Source: a virus (Duplodnaviria; Caudoviricetes). Taken from it: DNA of 40,976 bases. Below are positions 27,556 to 35,328 of this stretch, in pieces. Numbering within the stretch: the first letter of the stretch is position 1; every line of letters starts with the position of its first letter. The stretch covers positions 1-40,976 of the IMG/VR virus record IMGVR_UViG_3300020440_000029; one strand, 5' to 3'. A program made the translations under genes and the position numbers. Below the pieces are notes generated by a model. The model saw only the letters and a list, made by a program, of their open reading frames with translations, was not told the DNA's origin and did not search any database.

Positions 27556-27577
27556 TTAGATGGTACAAATTTGCGTC
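27554..27577 (-). promoter_or_regulatory. class A putative promoter copy 8
   Basis: gacgcaaatttgtaccatctaagg; GG at the same offset as in the cassette copies; intergenic. Confidence 0.6.
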
Positions 27578-27584
27578 TCAAACA

Positions 27585-27914
27585 TTATGGGCGCTTATTC
27601 TCCAGCAGATCAAGTAGCATTTGACAGTTTTGAGCTGCCTTGCGCACATCCTCGATCCCGTTTTTGTATTTGTACCGCGAGATATATTTAATGATGCTAC
27701 CGACACAGAAGTCTTCCAACACACCAAGTGACGCCAAATACTCTTTAGGTTGTATTTCGAAATCATAGTGCTTTGGGTTTTTAATCGGGTCGTGTTTAGT
27801 TAATTCGTCTTTAATCCTCTTTTCATCCGCTTCAAACTGACGTCTGATCCACTCTTGTGTTCTGAGTAGTTCGCCTTCAGCATTACGTTGATCTTCAAGA
27901 CTTAAGGTGTCCAT
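27585..27914 (-). CDS. DUF3310 / T7 gp1.7-like protein
   Basis: DPIKNPKHY...FCVGSIIKYISRYKYKNGIEDVRKA. Confidence 0.8.
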   Translation of the reverse strand: MDTLSLEDQRNAEGELLRTQEWIRRQFEADEKRIKDELTKHDPIKNPKHYDFEIQPKEYLASLGVLEDFCVGSIIKYISRYKYKNGIEDVRKAAQNCQMLLDLLENKRP

Positions 27915-28621
27915 AACTTCACTTCTCCTTTTTTCTGATCCCAGTCTTCTGCTCTTAGTATCTTGGCTACTCGTGCCTGCTGCAGTGCATCATCCTCAGT
28001 GAGACCAGCTGCTTTATACGCATCTGCCACTTCAGACCACTCACAGTTTTTGAGTATTGCCTCAGCACGCTTAGTACCAATGCCTGGACAGCCTTTATAG
28101 CCGTCAGCCACATCACCACTAAGTGTCTGCATCAGGTGATATTTGTCAGCTTCTTCTAGCGTGACATCATGCAGCTCACCTAACCTGTATGTTCGACCTG
28201 GTATCGACAACAAGTCTTTGTCATCGGACACAATGATTGTATCTTTATGCTTGCCATTGGTCGCGAAAATACCAAGCACGTCGTCCGCTTCAAGAGTGTC
28301 GATAGTGTGCGACTCAAACTCTTCCGAGATAAACTCGACGAAACGTTTATAGCAGAGAGGCTTTCGTGTCGCTTTGCGGTTGTACTTATACGTGGGTAGT
28401 ACTTCCTTGCGGAAGTTATTAGTTCCTGAGAACGCGAAAATGCAACGCCTAGCATCCAATTCCTCCACTATGTTTTCCATGTAATCAGCGAATGTGACGA
28501 CACAGTCCTCCCACCTGCTGTGCAGTGTGTGAACATCGTCTTCCCATTGCACCTCTGTTTCATGGCCTATGGTTATTTGAAAGGCGACCATGTCACCGTC
28601 TATTAATAGGGTATTAGTCAT
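27902..28621 (-). CDS. 5'-3' exonuclease (T7 gp6-like)
   Basis: LLIDGD, NFRK..YK.NR, LEADD, DKDL, GDVADGYKGCPGIG. Confidence 0.92.
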   Translation of the reverse strand: MTNTLLIDGDMVAFQITIGHETEVQWEDDVHTLHSRWEDCVVTFADYMENIVEELDARRCIFAFSGTNNFRKEVLPTYKYNRKATRKPLCYKRFVEFISEEFESHTIDTLEADDVLGIFATNGKHKDTIIVSDDKDLLSIPGRTYRLGELHDVTLEEADKYHLMQTLSGDVADGYKGCPGIGTKRAEAILKNCEWSEVADAYKAAGLTEDDALQQARVAKILRAEDWDQKKGEVKLWTP

Positions 28622-28955
28622 CTTGCTTAGCTCCAGTATTTAGAGCAAACTGCAAGAACATCAGACCCTCAGCGGTAATCTTCCACAAGTTCGACCAAGT
28701 ATATTCATCGATCTGGTTTGAGATGTAACCGCAGCATGCCAGCATAGCCACAATGTCAGCGTGCTTGCGTGCATAATTGCTTTTAGTAGTAAAGCCTTTG
28801 AAGTGTGCTTCTGCTAAAACTTGAAACGCCTCGGCATCCTCGCTAGTGGGTTGTTGCCCAGCTAGTTCCGACGCTGTATTCGGCGTCAATTCTACATCTG
28901 AAGTCGAAGCTTTCGCCCGCTTCTGTCGCGCTTCCTCGAATGATATTACCGACAT
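28614..28955 (-). CDS. hypothetical protein (113 aa)
   Basis: GAGG upstream; overlaps polymerase end; FTTKSNYAR...A motif. Confidence 0.6.
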   Translation of the reverse strand: MSVISFEEARQKRAKASTSDVELTPNTASELAGQQPTSEDAEAFQVLAEAHFKGFTTKSNYARKHADIVAMLACCGYISNQIDEYTWSNLWKITAEGLMFLQFALNTGAKQDD

Positions 28956-30558
28956 CCTCTGCTATTTCCTTCCTGCAAGCGACTTGCACCTCGTCATGCA
29001 CCCAAGCACAGAAGACATAGTCTTTATCCCAACCATGCTCGTATCGGTGTTTTTTGAGATTGTCTCTTGCTATGATTAGCCAGCGCTTAGCGATCAACGC
29101 ACCTGCAGACTGCAGTAGTAAGTTGACAGCGCTGTGACTTGACCGTGCGTATAGTTTGCGGCGGTCTAAGCCGTATAAGTATTTTCTTGTTTCGACTGTT
29201 TGCTCAATAGCACTACGCAGGCTTTTAATAGCTGGAATTGCAGCAAAGAACTTTTCACGTATCTGTCTGCCTTCGTTCCTGCCCTTACCAATTACCTCGC
29301 CTAGCTTCTGATCGCCTGCTCCATAGATCAAACTATAAATAAAGCGTTTTGCTGCATCACGATCAGGCAAGCCAGCAGCTTCCTGATTTTTGGTGTGGAT
29401 GTCACCATTCAACACCTCGGCAGCGTATTCACCGCTATCCCACGTGTGCATAAAATGTGCGAGGCAGCGAAGCTCGAGACCTGACAAGTCGCAACCAACG
29501 AGAGCCCAATCACTGGGCACAGTAAATAGTGAACGTATTTCGCGTCCGTAAGGCAACCGCATGCTTGGCACCTGTGCAATGTTTGGTGCAAAGTGTGTTG
29601 CTCGACCTGATACTGCTCCATTTGGTATATACCTTCCACGCAACAAGTTGTTATCGTTTACTAATTTCAGATAACCTTGGTTACCTTCAGCTAGCATTGC
29701 GATACGCTTCTCTAACATAAAGTAATCAGCTAAGAGTTTTGCTTCGGGGTATGGTAGTTTTTCCAAGATGGTTTCATCGATCTTGGCTTGTCCTGCAGGG
29801 GTAAACTGAGTTGGTCTCCACTTGTACTTTCCTTGTAGTCGGTCTGCGATTTGCTGTCGCGAGCCTGGGTTGAATGGTACGTATTTAGTCTTCGTTTTGA
29901 GCTTAATGACAGTGGGTTCAAACTCTTCCTCCATTCGGGTTCTAATAGAGTTACGCTTTTCGCTTAATTCAGCGTAAAGTTGAGCTGCTGCATCAGTGTC
30001 AAACACAAAGCCTGTACGCTCCATGTCATGGCACACTGATGCAACTTGATGTTCTAACGTGAACGCTTCATCCGATGGCTCTTGTGCTAGACAGTGCTCA
30101 TATAGTTTGACTGTCACACGCACGTCTTGAACCATGTAGTCCATCATCTCTTGGCTGTATTCTTCGAAGCCTGCATCATACTCATCTTTGTATGTGCCAA
30201 GACGATGTCCCCATGCTTTCAAGCTGTGCTTGCCAAATAGCTTTACGTCCATGCCCTCTGGCCTTGACACAAAGTCTTTGTCTTTAATGTTTGGAAAAAG
30301 CAGTCGTGATAACACAAGTGTGTCGACCACATTGTTTGTTTCAAAGTCAGGATAAATGAGACGTATTGCAGGCACATCAAAACCTATGACATTGTGCCCA
30401 CAAATCGCGTCTGCTTTCGATAATATTTCTACTGCTTCATCTATCTGATCTGGTTCAAAAGTACGAAACTCTTCTGTTGTCGTATTGAACATGGCTAAAC
30501 AATGGATCTTTGTCATATCGTCCAACAAGCCATTGGACTCCAGGTCAAAGATAATCAA
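28843..30558 (-). CDS. family A DNA polymerase (T7 gp5-like)
   Basis: FDLE exo I, HNVIGFD, DLSGLELR motif A, AKRFIYSLIYG motif B, VHDE motif C. Confidence 0.95.
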   Translation of the reverse strand: MIIFDLESNGLLDDMTKIHCLAMFNTTTEEFRTFEPDQIDEAVEILSKADAICGHNVIGFDVPAIRLIYPDFETNNVVDTLVLSRLLFPNIKDKDFVSRPEGMDVKLFGKHSLKAWGHRLGTYKDEYDAGFEEYSQEMMDYMVQDVRVTVKLYEHCLAQEPSDEAFTLEHQVASVCHDMERTGFVFDTDAAAQLYAELSEKRNSIRTRMEEEFEPTVIKLKTKTKYVPFNPGSRQQIADRLQGKYKWRPTQFTPAGQAKIDETILEKLPYPEAKLLADYFMLEKRIAMLAEGNQGYLKLVNDNNLLRGRYIPNGAVSGRATHFAPNIAQVPSMRLPYGREIRSLFTVPSDWALVGCDLSGLELRCLAHFMHTWDSGEYAAEVLNGDIHTKNQEAAGLPDRDAAKRFIYSLIYGAGDQKLGEVIGKGRNEGRQIREKFFAAIPAIKSLRSAIEQTVETRKYLYGLDRRKLYARSSHSAVNLLLQSAGALIAKRWLIIARDNLKKHRYEHGWDKDYVFCAWVHDEVQVACRKEIAEDVGNIIRGSATEAGESFDFRCRIDAEYSVGTSWATTH

Positions 30559-30770
30559 GTGCGTTCACCGTCTGTGTCTACTGTGCAATAATGACCTTTG
30601 AAAACGAATGGCAACTGGTACTGTGTCCACATGCCAATAAGGTCTTTTGTTATTTCAGCTAGCCTTGCTTCACACTGTTCTTGTGTGTTGTAAGGACCTC
30701 GCTGATCTTCAACTTTAATACAGGCTGATTGCGCGCCGATATGGCACGCTACGATCATTGCTTCAAACAT
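30555..30770 (-). CDS. small Cys-containing hypothetical protein (71 aa)
   Basis: AGGAG RBS; four spaced Cys; RGPY...C motif. Confidence 0.7.
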   Translation of the reverse strand: MFEAMIVACHIGAQSACIKVEDQRGPYNTQEQCEARLAEITKDLIGMWTQYQLPFVFKGHYCTVDTDGERT

Positions 30771-30779
30771 GATTGCTCC

Positions 30780-32396
30780 TTAAAAGGGAATGTCGTCGTT
30801 GAAAAAGTCTTCAGACAGACGACCTGTGTCGTTGTTCCAAGTCAGATGGCAGGCTGCCCCTGTCTCGCCAGTGAACCTGTTCTTCACTACACGCACAGTT
30901 GTTTTGTTTTTATCTTCACCTTGTTGATCACGCTCCAGACCAAGCACCATGTCACTTAACTGACCGATGCTGTGACTACCACGCAAACTATTTAGTGAGA
31001 CTTGCAGACCATCTTCGAAGCCTTTGTTGCCTTCAGGTCTGCGTAAGTGTGATACCAGCAGCAAGCCGATACCTGTTTCTTCTACAAGTGTTCGCAATCG
31101 CGTCATGCAGACGTCAATCGCTTTACGCTCGTCCACAATATCCAGCCCACTAATAAGGATAGAAATGTGATCAAGTATAATCCAAGAACACTCGAGTCCT
31201 TTGGCCAAGTAACGTATTTTATTAATGATGTTGTCGACAGCAACGCTGCCAAAGCTATCGTACAAATATACGCTACCGTCGCCAAATACACTGTTAAACG
31301 CACGCTTAAGATCAGCAGTTTTAACGTTTTGAGCGTCAATATGAAGAGACTTGTTGAGCTCAATGCCAAGTAAGCCGAGCGCAGTACGCTTAACACTTTC
31401 TTCAAGTGCAATGTAACCAACACGCTCTCCCTGTTTAACGAGATGGTGAGCGCATTCACGGACAAAAGCAGACTTGCCTATTCCAGAGCCTGCTGTGACC
31501 GTTACTAACTCACCCTTTCGCATGCCTCTTGTCTTTTCGTTCAAGCCAACGAAAGGGTAGTCAATGGCAGGTGCTGCTTCCTGCCTACTCACTACATCCC
31601 ACAGTTCTTTTGCAGCAATGATCCCATCAGGTCTGTACTGCGGTGCTTGCCATACGGCTGACACCAGTTCTTTTATTCGACCTGCTAATATCATTTCGTT
31701 AGCGTCTTTGAGTGGTAGTTGCGCTATGAAGGCTCTGCCAGGCTCAAGTATTTCTGCGCACATTGACGCAGCTTCTTGTCCAGGCTTATCACCATCAAAG
31801 CAGAACACTACTTCATCAAAGTTCTGAAGCCACTCTAGTTCTCTTCTAACAGCCTTGGGTGCACTTTGTGCGCCTTGTGGTACAGAGACTACAGGCCACT
31901 TGTTAGCTAGTGCCTGAGAGAGTGACAGAGCATCAATTTCACCTTCTACTACAAAGACTCTTTTGCCTTTGCTTTGGAGCTGTTGACCAAAGAAAGGTAA
32001 GTTGCTTCCGTCACCAATGATGCGAAAGTTCTTTTGCTTATCTCTAGTCTTGATTGCTATGAGCTTACCGTTGCGATAGTACGGAGCTAGCTGCCGAGAA
32101 GAGTCAACACGGTAGCCGAAGTGTCTCGCTGTATCTGCTGAGACACCTCTGGCTTTGAGTGCTTGTGTTTCACCTTGCGAGTATACAATGTCCGCTTCCG
32201 TTGCACCTGTTGTCGATACTTCGGTGAACGGACTTCTCTCGCCATTAAGTTCCTCTTCATTGGCTTCTCCATAGGTTTCGCAGGAAAAGCAGTATGTGTG
32301 ACCGTCGTCATACAGTGAATTAGCGTCACTGCTTCCACACTTGTCACACGGTAGATGTGCTAAAAACGTCGCTGATGAAGCCTGTGTTGCCGTCAT
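30780..32396 (-). CDS. DNA primase/helicase (T7 gp4-like)
   Basis: CDKCGSSDAN...CFSC zinc finger, EGEIDA TOPRIM, GSGIGKS Walker A, LRGS; start at ATG 32396. Confidence 0.95.
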   Translation of the reverse strand: MTATQASSATFLAHLPCDKCGSSDANSLYDDGHTYCFSCETYGEANEEELNGERSPFTEVSTTGATEADIVYSQGETQALKARGVSADTARHFGYRVDSSRQLAPYYRNGKLIAIKTRDKQKNFRIIGDGSNLPFFGQQLQSKGKRVFVVEGEIDALSLSQALANKWPVVSVPQGAQSAPKAVRRELEWLQNFDEVVFCFDGDKPGQEAASMCAEILEPGRAFIAQLPLKDANEMILAGRIKELVSAVWQAPQYRPDGIIAAKELWDVVSRQEAAPAIDYPFVGLNEKTRGMRKGELVTVTAGSGIGKSAFVRECAHHLVKQGERVGYIALEESVKRTALGLLGIELNKSLHIDAQNVKTADLKRAFNSVFGDGSVYLYDSFGSVAVDNIINKIRYLAKGLECSWIILDHISILISGLDIVDERKAIDVCMTRLRTLVEETGIGLLLVSHLRRPEGNKGFEDGLQVSLNSLRGSHSIGQLSDMVLGLERDQQGEDKNKTTVRVVKNRFTGETGAACHLTWNNDTGRLSEDFFNDDIPF

Positions 32397-32742
32397 GGTC
32401 TGGTCCTTCAAATCCTTCAGGTTTAATTAAATCCCATCCGCCACTTTGTTCTCTGCCTGGTTTGACACCACGCTCTTTTGACATGTTGGCAAGATGGACT
32501 TCATCCCACGCTTCTTGAATGTCGACACCTGCGATGGCTAATGTGCCAAGTGCAAATACCGTTATGTCGATGAGCGCGTCGACCACGCCTTCGGCATCGC
32601 CCTGTGATAGTGCGGCACCATACTCCGCTAATTCTTCTTCTATCTGCTCACCGCGAAAATGTAATTTTCCCATTGATATGGGTTGATGATTAAAACCGTA
32701 TTTTGCTTGTAATGCATAAACGTCAGCTACTATTGAGGACAT
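32344..32742 (-). CDS. MazG/HisE-like nucleotide pyrophosphohydrolase
   Basis: IEEELAE...DALID...VHLANMSK...KPEGF. Confidence 0.8.
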   Translation of the reverse strand: MSSIVADVYALQAKYGFNHQPISMGKLHFRGEQIEEELAEYGAALSQGDAEGVVDALIDITVFALGTLAIAGVDIQEAWDEVHLANMSKERGVKPGREQSGGWDLIKPEGFEGPDHDGNTGFISDVFSTSTV

Positions 32743-32750
32743 TTTCTCTC

Positions 32751-33248
32751 CTAATAAGTTTGCATAATTGCATCTACGAAATCGTTTACATTGACCTTGT
32801 CGTAATCAAATACGTGATAGTTGCCGTACTGACTTGTTGCGACAAGATCGTTAAATTTTGTTATGACTGGACTAATGTCTTTGTACATCTCACGCCGTTG
32901 TTCTTTCATCCTGTTGTGAGTGCTTATCGCGTTCTCTGTAGTGCACAAGATGAATATGGGATTGTACGCAGCAATAGCTTCCTGAGCTAAGCTCACTGTA
33001 TCGTAGCTTGGACCATCTCTGTACACGGAACCATAAGCAGCCTCACTCAAACACCATCGATCCACAACCGCTGGCACTTTAGCTAGTGTCTCTAGCTTGC
33101 CAGCAGTATGAATAATAAGGCGGTGGTAGGTTTCTATGTCCCATTGAGGGTTATAACTACAGTGGAAGTATTGAGCGCTAATCTCATCACAGAACTTATT
33201 GGCAAGTGTAGTCTTACCAGTGCAGTCAGCACCTTCTATGACAATAAT
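32751..33248 (-). CDS. dNMP (thymidylate-type) kinase, ATT start
   Basis: frame stays open upstream of the listed ORF to IIVIEGADCTGKTT (P-loop); DRW..SE..Y motif; GGAG 7 nt before ATT. Confidence 0.75.
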   Translation of the reverse strand: MIVIEGADCTGKTTLANKFCDEISAQYFHCSYNPQWDIETYHRLIIHTAGKLETLAKVPAVVDRWCLSEAAYGSVYRDGPSYDTVSLAQEAIAAYNPIFILCTTENAISTHNRMKEQRREMYKDISPVITKFNDLVATSQYGNYHVFDYDKVNVNDFVDAIMQTY

Positions 33249-34003
33249 TGGTTAGCTCCATTTTCTAAGTTTGAAGTGTACTCATTTGCTGCAATAACTG
33301 CTGCCAGTTTATCGTATTCTACTGACATCTCGTTTCTGTCTGTGGCTGATAACCAGTGTTCTGCATCTACGAAGTGCTGTTCATATATGTGAAATGAACC
33401 TGCTCTTACGTGCAGCTCACCTAACCCAACACAAAGGTCGTAAGTATTGTACAGCATGAGTTGCAAGTATTTAGTAATGGCTGAGAAAGTGAATATATCG
33501 TAAGGCATACCCCATACACAGTCTTGGCTACGCATATTTACTACGCAGTGTAGTGCGTTGCCACGCAGTAGAAACTGCAAGCCTGTTGTGCAAGGCACAT
33601 CTTTTGTTACACCAGGTCGCTCTCGCCAAATGTTGACATAACAGCGTCTGCTGTCAGGATCATTTTTTAGCTCATTAGCCGCCCAGCTAATTTGGTCTGT
33701 TATCTTCGGACCATAAGCACCGTTAAGTGTAACGCCATCATCACTAAATCTACCGTACGTTTTCATGTACTTGCTTATGTAGTTGAGGTCATTGCGACCT
33801 TTCAAAATCCAAGCTGCTTCACCAAACATAAAGGCATAATTAAGATTACGCCCTTTATGCTCTACAACTGGACAGCTGAGGCTGGTGGTGTAGTTGTAGT
33901 TTACAATTTCACGCACCTTCAAGTCTCGTGGCGCTGAGACGTGCTCGTATTTATGAGACACGTCATGCAGCGCTGAGACCCACACATCGGTGGGATCAAT
34001 CAT
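33236..34003 (-). CDS. thymidylate synthase homologue, likely dCMP (hydroxy)methylase
   Basis: DSRR, DVPCT, MRSQD..WGMPYD, SFHIY. Confidence 0.8.
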   Translation of the reverse strand: MIDPTDVWVSALHDVSHKYEHVSAPRDLKVREIVNYNYTTSLSCPVVEHKGRNLNYAFMFGEAAWILKGRNDLNYISKYMKTYGRFSDDGVTLNGAYGPKITDQISWAANELKNDPDSRRCYVNIWRERPGVTKDVPCTTGLQFLLRGNALHCVVNMRSQDCVWGMPYDIFTFSAITKYLQLMLYNTYDLCVGLGELHVRAGSFHIYEQHFVDAEHWLSATDRNEMSVEYDKLAAVIAANEYTSNLENGANQLLS

Positions 34004-34224
34004 TAAGAAGCCTTTTTATGTGGCCGACCAAAGTAGTATTCAGTGTACGGAGTACCACGTGCATCTTGCTTAGTGCGTAGCTTTACGTTGTAGCCGTCTT
34101 TTCTGATCTCTGAGATCATTGCAGTTAAGTTCTGAATGTCGAACTCATGCATTGCAGTGATTCGTGTTAACTTTCTTCCTCTTGTGAGGTGACTTATTGC
34201 TTTTGCTCTCTTTGACTTGCTCAT
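34003..34224 (-). CDS. small winged-HTH protein
   Basis: HL..G..LT...A.......L.A.I.EIRK.GY pattern. Confidence 0.65.
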   Translation of the reverse strand: MSKSKRAKAISHLTRGRKLTRITAMHEFDIQNLTAMISEIRKDGYNVKLRTKQDARGTPYTEYYFGRPHKKAS

Positions 34225-34606
34225 TTATCCATCCTGTTGGTATGAGTTTATCTGCATACTTGAAACCGTATCGTGCGCACCAGTCGCCATAGCTAGTCTT
34301 GCTGCCCTTATTTATTTTTGAGCTGCTTCTGGTAAACACAAAGCGGATGTCAAGCTCTGGGTTTTGCTCTTTGACAAGACGCATTTTGCGCCTGTCTTCG
34401 CTTGTAAATCTGCCTTTGCACTCGACAATAATTCCGTTCTCTAAAATGAAGTCTGGTATGTATTTCGCATCCAGCTGGTATGGAATTCTGTTTGTCTCGT
34501 ATTCAAATGCAGCACCAAGTTCTGTGAGCTGATGAGCCACCGCAGCCTCTAATCCACTGCGGTAGCCGTTCTCAAATTTAATGTGTCTAAAAGTCGAATG
34601 CCGCAC
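34145..34606 (-). CDS. endonuclease I / Holliday junction resolvase (T7 gp3-like)
   Basis: YRSGLE, YIPDF, VECKGRF, PELDIRFVF; GTG start after GAGGA. Confidence 0.92.
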   Translation of the reverse strand: MRHSTFRHIKFENGYRSGLEAAVAHQLTELGAAFEYETNRIPYQLDAKYIPDFILENGIIVECKGRFTSEDRRKMRLVKEQNPELDIRFVFTRSSSKINKGSKTSYGDWCARYGFKYADKLIPTGWINEQVKESKSNKSPHKRKKVNTNHCNA

Positions 34607-35105
34607 CGTTGGTATTTTCCTCTGGCTTTGAGGACTCGTGCACATAGGCACCTTCCTCTGCAGCAAAGCCAGTATCATTGAACTCGACGAGATCGATGAT
34701 CTGGACGGCGTTGAGGTACATTGTGACACCTACAGAGCCTCCTGCGTTGTATGTTGACATCTGACCAGACAGCTTAATGACTGAGCCATTACCAACATTT
34801 AAGTCTTCGTTAATTTTTTGGCCTTGACCGTCAAACAGCACTGGTTTGTTAGTTGATTTTGCACGGAAGCGCACACCACCACTTTCTTCGTCAACTGCAA
34901 AAGGCCATTTAGCCTTTTTGAGGTCTTTCTCGCCAAATTCTTCAATAAAAATTTCTTTCGCCTTTGCCATCAGGTCTGCAGCATCAGCTTTAGGTACTAA
35001 TAAATCGGTTTTATATTTACCCTCAGTATCAAACCGAGTGTCAGGGACCGAAAACCACGGCCAAACTGCAGTACCCTTTGGGGTCTGAAATTTAAACTTG
35101 CTCAT
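34587..35105 (-). CDS. single-stranded DNA-binding protein (T7 gp2.5-like)
   Basis: TPKG, PDTRF, LNAVQIIDLVE, acidic tail ending in F. Confidence 0.9.
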   Translation of the reverse strand: MSKFKFQTPKGTAVWPWFSVPDTRFDTEGKYKTDLLVPKADAADLMAKAKEIFIEEFGEKDLKKAKWPFAVDEESGGVRFRAKSTNKPVLFDGQGQKINEDLNVGNGSVIKLSGQMSTYNAGGSVGVTMYLNAVQIIDLVEFNDTGFAAEEGAYVHESSKPEENTNGAAFDF

Positions 35106-35305
35106 ACAAGTGCTCCTTGAATTAAGTAATCATTTTCAGTTGTTTCAGCAGGTGCATACTTAGATGCAGCCTCTGTAAACAGCCAATTGATGTTGACGCC
35201 GTATTGGTCCAGTTCTGCCAAGACATCTACTGGTAGCGCTACATCGTCTTCAATGAGGTTTACTGCGTAGGCAATAAGCTCCTCACGTCGTTTTTCGTAC
35301 GACAT
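35102..35305 (-). CDS. hypothetical protein (67 aa)
   Basis: GAGGTG RBS; ATGA coupling to SSB. Confidence 0.7.
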   Translation of the reverse strand: MSYEKRREELIAYAVNLIEDDVALPVDVLAELDQYGVNINWLFTEAASKYAPAETTENDYLIQGALV

Positions 35306-35328
35306 ACTTCACCTCTTACTTTTGAGAT

